Below are positions 39,904-49,540 of a stretch of 64,000 bases of DNA, piece by piece (position 1 is the first letter of the stretch; every line of letters begins with the position of its first letter). The notes under the pieces were generated by a model. That model worked only from the letters and a program-made list of their open reading frames with translations. It did no database searches and was not told the origin of the DNA. The translations under genes were made by a program, and so were the position numbers. This DNA comes from Candidatus Aquitaenariimonas noxiae (GTDB lineage Bacteria; Omnitrophota; Gorgyraeia; Aquitaenariimonadales; Aquitaenariimonadaceae), in contig PEWV01000071.1 in assembly GCA_002780005.1 (NCBI GenBank), forward strand, positions 69,754 through 133,753, written 5' to 3'.

Positions 39904-40398
39904 ATGGATGATATAATAAAAAACGAATTAAAAAGAAAAATGGCCAGCGTAAAAGCCGCGAGAACCGATAGGTGCCCGGGTGAAGCTGAATTAAACGATT
40001 ACCTTGAAGGCTTGCTTCCCAAAGCTAAAGAGGAGGCTATCGCCGCACATGTAAAAAGCTGCTACTGGTGCATAGAACAATTGGACCTTGCGCAACGCGG
40101 AAATGATTTCTTTTACCAAAAGGGTAGGGGGATATCTCTTATGACTAAAATACGAACTAATTCACTCAAATGGTTTAAAGAGAATATATGGCTCTTAGCC
40201 GCTTTCATAGCATTTGTCATATCTTTTATGTCAAAAAAATATTTTTTCCAATTTCTTATCCTCACGCTTATATTGGGTATAAAATGGATATTTACGACAG
40301 GCGGCTCCAAGACCGTCATCATGATATACGAGGCTTTACGAAAAAAAGACGCAAAACAAGCCGACGAGAAACAGCCGTCGGATAGATTTACCGTTTAG
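39904..40398 (+). CDS. anti-sigma factor (zinc-finger, single TM)
   Basis: It has the H-x3-C-x2-C motif (HVKSCYWC), a central TM helix, and overlaps the ECF sigma gene. Confidence 0.7.
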   Translation: MDDIIKNELKRKMASVKAARTDRCPGEAELNDYLEGLLPKAKEEAIAAHVKSCYWCIEQLDLAQRGNDFFYQKGRGISLMTKIRTNSLKWFKENIWLLAAFIAFVISFMSKKYFFQFLILTLILGIKWIFTTGGSKTVIMIYEALRKKDAKQADEKQPSDRFTV

Positions 40399-40573
40399 GC
40401 CCACCGCTGTAATTTAGAGCCTTTCTAAAGCTATTCTTTCTTTTATATCCCCGATCTCTAATATAACACACCTTAAAAAATTTTAAAAAAGTTTGAAAGA
40501 AAATGCCTACTTTTGGTGTCATGTGTAATGAGGGTGAAAATAGGCGTTTTCATCAAGAGAGGGGGTGAGAAAA

Positions 40574-40831
40574 ATGGAAAACCTAAAAATAGAAGTCGCG
40601 CGCATCCGCAAATTCGATGGCGAGGGTTCGCTTAAGGCCTTTGCCGATATCGTGATAGGCGGTTCCTTCCTGGTTAGGGGTTTGAAAATCGTGGAAGGAA
40701 AAAACGGTATCTTCGTAGGCATGCCCAGAGAGCAAGGCAAAGACGGAAAGTGGTATGACAACGTGTTACCTATCACTAAAGAGGCGAAGGAGGAGCTGGC
40801 CGAGGTGCTGTTGGGCGCATACGAGGCGTAA
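40574..40831 (+). CDS. spoVG: septation protein SpoVG
   Basis: MENLKIEV.RIRKFDGEGSLKAFADIVI...GLKIVEGKNGIFVGMP is a near-canonical SpoVG sequence. The track ORF starts at GTG 40565. Confidence 0.88.
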   Translation: MENLKIEVARIRKFDGEGSLKAFADIVIGGSFLVRGLKIVEGKNGIFVGMPREQGKDGKWYDNVLPITKEAKEELAEVLLGAYEA

Positions 40832-40846
40832 GGCAAGCAAGAGTTT

Positions 40847-41254
40847 TTGATTTTAAAAGGGTGGATGAGGGAGGGGAAAGGAGGCGCTTTGACTGAAGGT
40901 AAAAAAGAGGTCGGGGCTTTGGGGGAAAAGGCTGCAACGGCTTTTTTAAAACGCAGCGGCTACTCAATACTCCACAAAAATTTTAAATGCAAATTGGGCG
41001 AGATAGACCTCATAGCTAAGGATGGACGAGTAATTGTTTTTGTCGAGGTGAGAACGCGTTTTACCAGTACATACGGCTCGCCGATCGAATCGATACTTTG
41101 GAGGAAAAGAAAAAAAATAACAATGCTCGCCAATTTCTATATAACTAAATTTGGTTTAGAAAACGAAAGTTTCCGGTTCGATGTGGTATCGGTAACAAAA
41201 GATGATGGCCATTTAAATATCGAATTAATAAAGGACGCTTTCTGGGAGGTGTAA
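40847..41254 (+). CDS. YraN-family (UPF0102) endonuclease
   Basis: GEKAATAFLKRSGYSILHKNFKCKLGEIDLIA...VFVEVRTR. Confidence 0.8.
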   Translation: MILKGWMREGKGGALTEGKKEVGALGEKAATAFLKRSGYSILHKNFKCKLGEIDLIAKDGRVIVFVEVRTRFTSTYGSPIESILWRKRKKITMLANFYITKFGLENESFRFDVVSVTKDDGHLNIELIKDAFWEV

Positions 41255-41255
41255 A

Positions 41256-42782
41256 ATGTTAGCAAAGGTCGAATCCAACATAGTCGTAGGCATCGACAGC
41301 ATAGCTGTAGATGTCGAGGTTGACGTAGCTAACGGGTTGCCGCATTTTGCCATCGTAGGCTTGCCTGATACTGCTATAAAAGAAAGTATAAACAGGGTCA
41401 AATCAGCTATAAAAAATTCTAATTTTAATTTTCCCAATAAAAGAATAACCGTCAATTTGAGCCCTGCCGATATTAAAAAGGAGGGGCCGTGTTTTGACTT
41501 ACCGATCGCCATAGGTATTATGGCCGCTATAGGTTATATATCTCCGGAAAAACTCTCCAATAAAGTTATATGTGGAGAACTTTCGCTTGACGGACGGGTG
41601 CGTCCAATAAAGGGTGTCCTGCCCCGGTCTTTGGCATTGGAAAGTTCAAAGGAATTCATACTGCCACGGCAAAACGCGCGAGAAGCGGCAATAGTAAAAA
41701 GCTCGAAAATTTACCCCATAAGTAATCTGAAAGAAGCCGTTGATTTCTTAAACAAAACCATCGAAATACGGCCGGCCAAAACTAATTTGAAAAATATTTG
41801 GAAGAAATCCAATATACATAACTTAGACTTCAGCGATGTAAAGGGGCAAGAGCATATAAAACGAGGCCTCAAGATCGCCGCGGCCGGCCATCATAACGTG
41901 CTTATGATAGGGCCTCCGGGCACAGGCAAAACAATGCTCGCCAAAAGAATGCCTTCCATATTGCCAAATATGAGCATGGAAGAGGCGCTGGAGACAACAA
42001 AAATACATAGCGTCGCGGGCATGCTTTCTAATAATAATGTTTTGGTTTATAATCGGCCTTTTAGGGATCCGCATCATACCATATCGGACGCTGCGCTGGT
42101 AGGCGGAGGAACGCACCCTGTGCCCGGCGAAATAAGTTTAGCACACAATGGGGTTCTATTCCTTGATGAATTACCTGAATTCAAGAGAAATGTGTTGGAA
42201 GTCCTGAGGCAGCCTATTGAAAACGGAAAGATTACAATATCCAGAATAGAAGCATCGCTCACTTTTCCTGCCAAATTTATGCTTATCGCCGCAATGAATC
42301 CGTGCCCGTGCGGCTTCCTTACAGACCGCAAAAAGGAGTGCCACTGCACGCCTCCCCAAATACAGAGATATCTATCAAAGATATCAGGGCCGCTACTAGA
42401 TAGGATAGACATCCATTTAGAGGTGCCACGACTATCCTATGATGAGCTTTCCGGGAAAAGATTTAGTGAAAATTCAGACACGATACGAGAATATGTCAAC
42501 AAGGCGCGAGAAGTTCAGAGAACAAGATACAGGGGGAGCGGCATATTTTTTAATGCCCACTTAGAATCGAAAACAATTGAAAAATATTGCCAATTAGATG
42601 AAGACGGTAAAGAGTTGCTAAAAATGGCTATACTTGAGCTAGGCATCAGCGCGAGGGCATACGATAAGATACTAAAAGTTGCCAGAACCATAGCGGACCT
42701 GGAAGGGGAAGAGAAGATTGCCGCTAGTCACATATCAGAGGCGATAGGATATAGAAGTTTAGACAGAAATTTATGGTCATAG
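41256..42782 (+). CDS. YifB/ComM family Mg-chelatase-like AAA+ ATPase
   Basis: N-terminal Lon-like domain, Walker A GPPGTGKT, sensor motifs, and a C-terminal ChlI/Mg-chelatase domain. Confidence 0.88.
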   Translation: MLAKVESNIVVGIDSIAVDVEVDVANGLPHFAIVGLPDTAIKESINRVKSAIKNSNFNFPNKRITVNLSPADIKKEGPCFDLPIAIGIMAAIGYISPEKLSNKVICGELSLDGRVRPIKGVLPRSLALESSKEFILPRQNAREAAIVKSSKIYPISNLKEAVDFLNKTIEIRPAKTNLKNIWKKSNIHNLDFSDVKGQEHIKRGLKIAAAGHHNVLMIGPPGTGKTMLAKRMPSILPNMSMEEALETTKIHSVAGMLSNNNVLVYNRPFRDPHHTISDAALVGGGTHPVPGEISLAHNGVLFLDELPEFKRNVLEVLRQPIENGKITISRIEASLTFPAKFMLIAAMNPCPCGFLTDRKKECHCTPPQIQRYLSKISGPLLDRIDIHLEVPRLSYDELSGKRFSENSDTIREYVNKAREVQRTRYRGSGIFFNAHLESKTIEKYCQLDEDGKELLKMAILELGISARAYDKILKVARTIADLEGEEKIAASHISEAIGYRSLDRNLWS

Positions 42783-42865
42783 ATCAAATATTGCCTTATT
42801 TGATGTGTAATTCAAATGTGTAAATTGGTGATGTGATTAGGAGTGAAAATAGTTAGATTTTTGCG

Positions 42866-42894
42866 TTGACTTTTTCCTCTTTTTTGAGTATAAT
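42866..42894 (+). promoter_or_regulatory. consensus sigma70 promoter: TTGACT, 17-nt spacer, TATAAT
   Basis: The sequence is gTTGACTttttcctcttttttgagTATAATatt. RBS AGGAGGTGAGGG precedes the GTG start at 42951. Confidence 0.65.
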
Positions 42895-42950
42895 ATTTTC
42901 ACTTGAATTTAAGGGCCCCTCCCCTTTACAAAAATAGGAGGTGAGGGATA

Positions 42951-43349
42951 GTGAAATATAAAACAGTAGTAGAAATCATAACAGACGCTGACAACGAAGA
43001 TGAGGCAGTAGATCTGGCTGGAGAATATTTGCGCGGCAAATATGAATGCACTTTCCCGCTTAAGGTTAAAACTCATCAATTGAAGAAAAGAAACTACAGG
43101 GTCTTAGCTTACTCTGGAGCGGCATGTTTAATAGTGTTAAGCTTGAGCTTCATGTGGTTTTCCGCAGGGCGCACTTATCAAACCATTGTATCAGCAAAGC
43201 ACAACGATATGCTGGATGGCTGCGCTATCCAACCGCCCCTCAACACAGACTTAAATCATAAGGCAGGCAAGGACTTCAAAGAAAGTTGGGACAAGTTATA
43301 TAGAAAAAAAGCCTTACACAGCCCTGACAACAACATAAGCTCAAACTAA
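42951..43349 (+). CDS. hypothetical protein with one TM helix
   Basis: ORF with strong promoter, RBS and a downstream terminator. No recognisable domain. Confidence 0.5.
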   Translation: MKYKTVVEIITDADNEDEAVDLAGEYLRGKYECTFPLKVKTHQLKKRNYRVLAYSGAACLIVLSLSFMWFSAGRTYQTIVSAKHNDMLDGCAIQPPLNTDLNHKAGKDFKESWDKLYRKKALHSPDNNISSN

Positions 43350-43379
43350 AATAATAGTTTATTTAAAAGTTTTTTATTA

Positions 43380-43414
43380 AACCTATCTTATTTGACTATA
43401 AGATAGGTTTTTTA
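43380..43414 (+). terminator. Rho-independent terminator (possibly bidirectional)
   Basis: Stem aacctatctta/taagataggtt with an 8-nt loop, followed by TTTTTT. Confidence 0.6.
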
Positions 43415-43454
43415 TTGATATTCTAGCCTGCAAGGGGTATATTACTATGTACAA

Positions 43455-44102
43455 ATGGTTACAAATGCTCAAAAAGCACAAAGAATTTTCTGCATCCTTA
43501 AAAAAACATATCCAAGGGCGAAGATCGCGCTCGATTTTACCAGCCCCATCCAGCTTCTTGTTGCTACTATACTGTCCGCTCAATGCACGGATAAACGAGT
43601 CAACATAGTAACGGAATCTTTGTTCAAAAAATATAAGACTGAGCGGGATTACGCGAACGCGGATTTAAAAACTTTTGAAAAAGACATAAGATCTACCGGT
43701 TTTTACAGGAATAAGGCTAAAAACATAATAGCTTCCGCGCAAAAAATACTAAAAGAGTTTAATGGCAAAGTTCCGGATACGATGGAGGCATTACTGACAC
43801 TGCCCGGAGTTGCCAGGAAAACGGCTAATATTGTGCTATCAAACGCTTATGGCAAAATAGAGGGAATAGCCGTAGATACCCATGTCAGAAGACTTTCTGG
43901 AAGGCTTGGTTTTACGGATAATGAGAATCCCGAAAAAATCGAATTAGACCTGATGAAGCTCTTTCCTAAGGACGAATGGTTCCCTATAAATCGCGTCTTA
44001 ATAGAACATGGCAGGAATATCTGCAATGCCAAAAAACCGCTCTGCCCGGAATGTTTGGTTTCAAGCCTTTGCCCTTCAAAAAAATTATTTTACCCAGCCT
44101 GA
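43455..44102 (+). CDS. nth: endonuclease III
   Basis: LLVATILSAQCTD HhH-GPD domain and a C-terminal [4Fe-4S] loop CNAKKPLCPECLVSSLC. Confidence 0.9.
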   Translation: MVTNAQKAQRIFCILKKTYPRAKIALDFTSPIQLLVATILSAQCTDKRVNIVTESLFKKYKTERDYANADLKTFEKDIRSTGFYRNKAKNIIASAQKILKEFNGKVPDTMEALLTLPGVARKTANIVLSNAYGKIEGIAVDTHVRRLSGRLGFTDNENPEKIELDLMKLFPKDEWFPINRVLIEHGRNICNAKKPLCPECLVSSLCPSKKLFYPA

Positions 44103-44176
44103 CAGGGCCGTGTTTTTTGCATTTTTCCTTGCTATTGGTGCGTCTTTAATGTATTATTTATTAAAAGTCGAAAAAT

Positions 44177-44542
44177 ATGCCCAAAAAAATACTCATTGTA
44201 GATGATGAAAAAGATTTTACGCGTTTACTGAAATCGTCTCTCGACGAACGCGGATACAGGGCAACCGAGGCTAATAGCGCGGTTGAGTGCGGATTGTACT
44301 TAAACAGCGAAAAGCCAGACCTGATTATCATGGATATTAAAATGTACGGCATAAACGGCCTCGATGCCTGCAGGGCTATACGTAAGAACCCGAATACGGC
44401 CAATATCCCAATATTTGTAGTCTCAGCCATGCCATCGGAAGAAAGCGCAGAGAGGGTTCTGGGTGTGGGCGCTAATAAATTTTTTCCAAAACCATTAAAT
44501 TTGGAAAGTTTTCTAAAAGAAATCGAGAGCCTTCTAAAATAA
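44177..44542 (+). CDS. response regulator, receiver domain only (CheY-like)
   Basis: ILIVDDE, the DLIIMDIKM phospho-acceptor Asp, and the conserved Lys region. Confidence 0.8.
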   Translation: MPKKILIVDDEKDFTRLLKSSLDERGYRATEANSAVECGLYLNSEKPDLIIMDIKMYGINGLDACRAIRKNPNTANIPIFVVSAMPSEESAERVLGVGANKFFPKPLNLESFLKEIESLLK

Positions 44543-45348
44543 TGCGGGTTTGTAAAGCTTTAGTCCTATTAACTGTTGCCTTAATTACCCATGGCTGTGT
44601 CAGCTCTAATTATAATTTAGCCACACAACGCCAAGAAATCGAATTTATATCCTCAGAAAAAGAGGAGGAAATCGGTAAGAACGTGGCTAAGCAGGTTGAG
44701 CGGAAATTTGAGATCGAGCCGGATGTTCTGCTGCAGGAACGCGTCAGGGAAGTCGGAAAAAAAATAGCTGATGTATGCGACCGCAAGGACATAGAATATC
44801 ATTTTGAAGTCTTAGCCAAAAAAGACGAAGTAAACGCCTTCTCGCTGCCCGGAGGTTATGTGTTTATTTTTAAAGGCATGCTTGACAAGGCAAAGAATGA
44901 CGATGAATTAGCTAGCATACTGGCGCATGAGGTCGCTCACATTGCAGCCAGGCATAGCATAAAAAGGATACAGACTTCGCTGGGCGATACTATTTTAAGA
45001 TTAGCTATCGCAGCAGCGAAAACAGATAATTGGACTCGCGCTATGGCAAATGAGGCCTTAAACCAGCTTTTATTATCCTATTCTCGGGAAGATGAAATAT
45101 TAGCTGACAAGCTAGGGATCAAATATGTCAAATTGGCAGGCTACAATCCTAAGGGCGCGATTGCCGTCATACAAAGCTTGATCGATGTACAGCGCAAGGC
45201 ACCATTAAAAAAATATTACCGCTATAGAACGCATCCGTATCTTTCTGAACGCTTATCCATGGCCAGGGAAGAAGTTTACGGCAAAATGGAATTCAGGGAT
45301 TATATAAACTTGCGCGATGAAACTTTAGAGGAACAAAAGGGAAACTGA
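44542..45348 (+). CDS. M48-family zinc metallopeptidase, probable lipoprotein
   Basis: HEVAHIAARH (HExxH) plus a downstream Glu. The N-terminus LLTVALITHGC is lipobox-like. Confidence 0.8.
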   Translation: MRVCKALVLLTVALITHGCVSSNYNLATQRQEIEFISSEKEEEIGKNVAKQVERKFEIEPDVLLQERVREVGKKIADVCDRKDIEYHFEVLAKKDEVNAFSLPGGYVFIFKGMLDKAKNDDELASILAHEVAHIAARHSIKRIQTSLGDTILRLAIAAAKTDNWTRAMANEALNQLLLSYSREDEILADKLGIKYVKLAGYNPKGAIAVIQSLIDVQRKAPLKKYYRYRTHPYLSERLSMAREEVYGKMEFRDYINLRDETLEEQKGN

Positions 45349-45773
45349 TGGACGAGAAGGAATTTTCTGCCGGCGGAATCGTAATGAAAAAAGATGAGGA
45401 AGGCACTCGGGTCCTACTGATAGAGGATGGATACGGGCATTGGACATGGCCAAAAGGAAAGATAGAGAAGGACGAAACGATTGCAGATGCGGCAACGCGA
45501 GAAATTAAAGAAGAAACCGGAATTGACGCAATAGAAACAATAAAAGAAATAGGGGCTTCCGAGTACTTTTACAGGCGGGACGGGAAACTGATATCTAAAA
45601 AGGTATATGTCTTTTTATTCAAACTGCTGAAAGATCAAGAATTAAAAATCCAGACGGAAGAAATAAGGGGCGGCAAATGGCTCACATCAGACGAGGCGAT
45701 GAAACGTTTGGACTACAAAGGCGCAAAAGAAACTTTAGAAAAAGCTATCAAATTATTCGAAAAAATAGTATAG
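45348..45773 (+). CDS. NUDIX hydrolase
   Basis: Nudix box GKIEKDETIADAATREIKEETGI. Confidence 0.85.
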   Translation: MDEKEFSAGGIVMKKDEEGTRVLLIEDGYGHWTWPKGKIEKDETIADAATREIKEETGIDAIETIKEIGASEYFYRRDGKLISKKVYVFLFKLLKDQELKIQTEEIRGGKWLTSDEAMKRLDYKGAKETLEKAIKLFEKIV

Positions 45774-45798
45774 TAGCATAAAGAATGAGGGGGAAGGC

Positions 45799-46020
45799 AT
45801 GGCAAAGATAAAAATAGAAATAACTATTCCGTCAGGACTGAAAGAAGAACCTATAATCTACCACATAGTGAAAAACTACAAGGTTATACCTACTATAGTA
45901 GAGGCGTCCTTTTCCACAGAAATGGGATGGGCCATCTTGACGCTTGAGGGAAGCAGGGAAGAGTTGGATAGGCTATTTACCTATTTCAAAGATAAAAACA
46001 TCTCTATTAACCCGATATAG
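45799..46020 (+). CDS. small protein, possible NIL/ACT-like fold
   Basis: 73 aa with RBS GAGGGGGAAGG upstream. Only a weak resemblance to NIL domains. Confidence 0.35.
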   Translation: MAKIKIEITIPSGLKEEPIIYHIVKNYKVIPTIVEASFSTEMGWAILTLEGSREELDRLFTYFKDKNISINPI

Positions 46021-46044
46021 TTAACCAGCTCATATTCCAGCATT

Positions 46045-46677
46045 ATGATGAGGCTAATAAGTTTTCTGGGGTTCTTTATTTTTTCTCTGGTATTTTGCAC
46101 AGCAGAGTGTCTGTCGTCTTCGATAGATAATGCAAACCTTCCGAGCCGTGACATCTCGATATATAAAAACATAAAAACAATCGACGGCGTATCAGTAGCC
46201 GTAGATATTTTTGATACAGCCAAAATAAAACAAACCTTCGGCGTGGATTTAATAAGAAAAAAAATTCAACCCCTTTATGTAATCATACAAAATAAAAGCA
46301 GCTCGAGACACTGGTTCTCAAAGGCCGGTTCTGACAAAACGTTTATTCCGTCAGGGGAAGTACCCAGGATGGTTTACGAGGGTGTTTTTAGCCGCTTCCT
46401 GAAGGGCGGAACGTTCGGCATGCTAAAATGGCCTTTCTTGGTGCCAGGCGCCATGATCGATAAAGGGAAATCCGGAATTATTACACGCCGTATTAAAAAT
46501 AAAGCCTCTTTAGAAGAGATACCAGACGTGTACATCGAACCAGGCGGCGAGATACAGGGGATGATGTTTGTATCCGTTAAGCCCGATAATAAAATAGTTA
46601 TAAAAGTAACTAGCTCTCAGAATCTAAAAAAGAAAGAGTTTACATTTGAAAAAGAACGGGGAGTAAATGCAAAATAA
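46045..46677 (+). CDS. hypothetical secreted protein or lipoprotein
   Basis: Signal peptide MMRLISFLGFFIFSLVFCTAEC. No recognisable domain. Confidence 0.5.
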   Translation: MMRLISFLGFFIFSLVFCTAECLSSSIDNANLPSRDISIYKNIKTIDGVSVAVDIFDTAKIKQTFGVDLIRKKIQPLYVIIQNKSSSRHWFSKAGSDKTFIPSGEVPRMVYEGVFSRFLKGGTFGMLKWPFLVPGAMIDKGKSGIITRRIKNKASLEEIPDVYIEPGGEIQGMMFVSVKPDNKIVIKVTSSQNLKKKEFTFEKERGVNAK

Positions 46678-47107
46678 AAAAAATGACAAGATAATCTGCA
46701 AGATCCTAACGGTAGATGATGAGCTGGGCATAGATTCTTTCTTTTATGAATTTTTCACGCTGCGCAACTTTAAAGTTTTCACTGCGGCAAGCGGTAAAAA
46801 AGCGATAAAAATAGCCCAAAGGGAACGTCCCAAAATAGTGCTTTTGGATATAAATATGCGGGGTATGGATGGTATGGAGGCACTCGAAAAAATCAAAGCG
46901 ATCGATAAGGGTATAGTCGTCATAATGGTTACGGGCGTAAAAGATGACGATATCATGAAAAAAGCTCTTAGTAAGGGGGCAGACGATTATATTACCAAAC
47001 CTTTAAGTCTTGAATATTTGGAAAAAGTTGTTTTGGCAAAATTTCTTGAACGGGAGCTAGAAGATATCAAAAAAATAGACGAAGAGATCGCGAAAAAAAT
47101 CAGATGA
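46667..47107 (+). CDS. response regulator, receiver domain only
   Basis: KIVLLDINMRGMDG, TGVKDDD and KPL motifs. Confidence 0.8.
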   Translation: MQNKKNDKIICKILTVDDELGIDSFFYEFFTLRNFKVFTAASGKKAIKIAQRERPKIVLLDINMRGMDGMEALEKIKAIDKGIVVIMVTGVKDDDIMKKALSKGADDYITKPLSLEYLEKVVLAKFLERELEDIKKIDEEIAKKIR

Positions 47108-47585
47108 AATCTCTAATAATATACTACTCATTTAGCGGTAATACTGAAAAGCCCGCCGAAGATTTATGAGCATTTCTCAAGACCAGGGGTGAAGTAGTTA
47201 TGCAGCGGCTTGTTCCTATAAATGAAACAAAAAATTTTTTAAGCAATGCTTAGAAGCAAGGGCTGGCAGCAAACCTGAGCTCAGCGGAGAGATCAAATTC
47301 GACGTTTCTGGATTTGACACTATATGCATGGGCACGCCTGTATGGGCTTTCGCTCCCGCTCCGGCTATAAACACCTACCTTGACAGGATAAAAGGCGCTG
47401 AAGGGAAAAAGGCTGTTATTTTCACAACTTTCGGGAGCGGCACAGGAATACAAGGCTGTATAAATAATATAAAAAGGCGCCTTGGCGAAAAAAATGTTGA
47501 AACTATAAAAGAGCTCAATGTCCAGATGAAAAAAGTCGGCGATCCTGACTTTGTAAGAAGGGCCATTTCTAACTTAGAAGTCTGA
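47104..47585 (+). pseudogene. flavodoxin, disrupted by an in-frame TGA at 47167 and a frameshift near an A6T6 run
   Basis: The N-terminal part MKSLIIYYSFSGNTEKPAEDL* and the C-terminal part ...KQCLEARAGSKPELSGEIKFDVSGFDTICMGTPVWAFAPAPAINTYL...AVIFTTFGSGTG are both flavodoxin-like but lie in different frames. The join is at aaaaaatttttt (47237..47248). Confidence 0.6.
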
Positions 47586-47648
47586 TTTAACATCCGCACC
47601 CATAAATCCCTTGCTAAAAAACATCGTATTTGTTAAAATATTCTCGTC

Positions 47649-48716
47649 ATGAAAAATAAAAAAGCCAGAAAACAGAAAAAAAATATTGAATTACGGGATG
47701 GGTTTTCGGACGGCTTTAAGCCTACTAAAGCGCTAGATCTGTCAAAAGTCGATTCGGTCGATGGGCTGGTCAGACAAATGGCATTAACCGCCTTTGGTGG
47801 TAGGGCAGTCGGCGAGGCCGCAGACATATTATACGAAACAGCAAAAGATAAAGAATGTTTTGTGGTGTTGACTTTGTCGGGGGCCCTAACCGTGGCTAAA
47901 ATGGGCCTTGTCATATGCGATATGATAGAAAATGATCTTGTGGATGCCGTCATATCCACAGGCGCGATAATGGCGCATGGTTTCATAGAATCTATGGGCA
48001 AGGCGCATTTTAAATTCGCTAAGGAAATGTCTGACGAAGAGCTTTATAATGCCGGCTATAATAGGATTTACGACACGATAGAGCTAGAAAAGAATTTAGA
48101 CGATATGGAGCTTATAGTTAAAAGAGTGCTTGACGGAATAGATCGGGATACTGTTATTTCGAGCAACCTTATTATGAAAAAATTAGGCGAATACCTTTTT
48201 AAGAACACTAAAGGCAGGGGTATACTAAAAAGCGCATTTCAAAAAAACATCCCGGTTTTTATTCCGGCATTTACCGACTCCGAATTGGGGCTCGATGTGG
48301 GGCTCTATAATCGCAGCCAAAAGTATCAAAATAAAAAACCATTTGCATTCGATCCGTTCGTAGATCTGGAATTCTTTACACATTTGATAAAAAAACAAAA
48401 ACATCTTGGAATTTTTACGGTCGGCGGCGGCGTTCCCAGGAATTGGGCGCAACAAGTCGCGCCATATCTTGATATAATATCGAGGCGCATTGGTAAGGAG
48501 GGCGGATTCGTGCACTATAAATACGGGATAAGGATCTGCCCTGAACCTGCGCATTGGGGAGGACTTTCCGGATGTACTTACTCTGAGGGTGTGTCGTGGG
48601 GTAAGCTTGTCCCGAAGAGTGAGGGCGGCAAATGGGCAGAGGTTTACGCTGACGCCACAATCGCGCTCCCCTTGATCGTAAAGGCTGTGCTGGAGAGATT
48701 GGGTAAAAAAAGGTGA
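47649..48716 (+). CDS. deoxyhypusine synthase-like protein
   Basis: LTLSGALTVAKMGLV...AVISTGAIMAHG and C-terminal GGGVPRNW match the DS fold. Confidence 0.8.
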   Translation: MKNKKARKQKKNIELRDGFSDGFKPTKALDLSKVDSVDGLVRQMALTAFGGRAVGEAADILYETAKDKECFVVLTLSGALTVAKMGLVICDMIENDLVDAVISTGAIMAHGFIESMGKAHFKFAKEMSDEELYNAGYNRIYDTIELEKNLDDMELIVKRVLDGIDRDTVISSNLIMKKLGEYLFKNTKGRGILKSAFQKNIPVFIPAFTDSELGLDVGLYNRSQKYQNKKPFAFDPFVDLEFFTHLIKKQKHLGIFTVGGGVPRNWAQQVAPYLDIISRRIGKEGGFVHYKYGIRICPEPAHWGGLSGCTYSEGVSWGKLVPKSEGGKWAEVYADATIALPLIVKAVLERLGKKR

Positions 48717-48752
48717 CCTGTTTACCTTTAGGCGGCACAGACGCGTATCTCG

Positions 48753-48780
48753 ATCCCAAGAGTTCTTCTTGGGATTTTTG
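48753..48780 (+). terminator. Rho-independent terminator after the deoxyhypusine synthase-like gene
   Basis: Stem atcccaaga/tcttgggat followed by TTTTT. Confidence 0.55.
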
Positions 48781-48820
48781 CTTTATGTTGCTAAAAAATA
48801 GAGAATGAAGGAGGGGTGCA

Positions 48821-49180
48821 ATGAGCGGAATGTGGTTTGTCGCGCTAGGCTTGTTGGCTGGGGTATTCAGCGGATTTTTAGGAATAGGTGGCGGGATCAT
48901 ATTAATACCTGCCTTGGTGTATCTATGCGGCCTCACTCAGCATCAGGCCCAGGGAACTACGCTGGCAATAATGGTACCTCCGATAGGATTATTGGCTGCG
49001 CTAAAATATTACTACAGTGGAGATGTGAAAATCTCGATAGCGGCGTTTATATGTCTCGGGTTCTTCTTCGGAGGTCTATTAGGCGCGTCGTTAGTTCATT
49101 ACATACCGGATAACTCGTTACGTAAAATATTCGGGCTGGTGATGTTGATAGTTTCCATTAAAATGATAATTGAAAAATAA
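48821..49180 (+). CDS. TSUP (TauE/SafE) family transporter, half-size 4-TM unit
   Basis: GFLGIGGGIILIPAL motif. Only 119 aa, whereas typical TSUP proteins have about 250. Confidence 0.65.
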   Translation: MSGMWFVALGLLAGVFSGFLGIGGGIILIPALVYLCGLTQHQAQGTTLAIMVPPIGLLAALKYYYSGDVKISIAAFICLGFFFGGLLGASLVHYIPDNSLRKIFGLVMLIVSIKMIIEK

Positions 49181-49197
49181 AAGACTGGAGGATAGCT

Positions 49198-49470
49198 ATG
49201 GATTGGAGAATATTATCGGCTACGTTTGGAGCTGTGTTTTTCGCTGAACTCGCGGATAAAACACAAATGGTAGGCATTGGCATGTCCGCGAAATCCGGAA
49301 GACCATTCATGGTATTGCTGGGCTCAGTTTCGGCGTATATAGTCGTGACGGCGATATCGGTTTTTCTGGGAGCGGTTTTGGGAAAGTATATACGACCTGA
49401 AGTTATAAAATATGCGGGTGCGGTATTATTTATAGCGCTAGGTCTTTTGATTTTGGCGGGAAAAATTTAA
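49198..49470 (+). CDS. UPF0016 (GDT1/TMEM165) family single-repeat membrane protein
   Basis: ELADKTQ (E-x-G-D-K-T-like) motif, 90 aa, 3 TM. Confidence 0.7.
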   Translation: MDWRILSATFGAVFFAELADKTQMVGIGMSAKSGRPFMVLLGSVSAYIVVTAISVFLGAVLGKYIRPEVIKYAGAVLFIALGLLILAGKI

Positions 49471-49540
49471 CCTGCCTAAAATAAATAAGTTGTAAGAAGT
49501 CTGGATTTTGTATATAATAAATGATAATCAGGGTTAGAAA

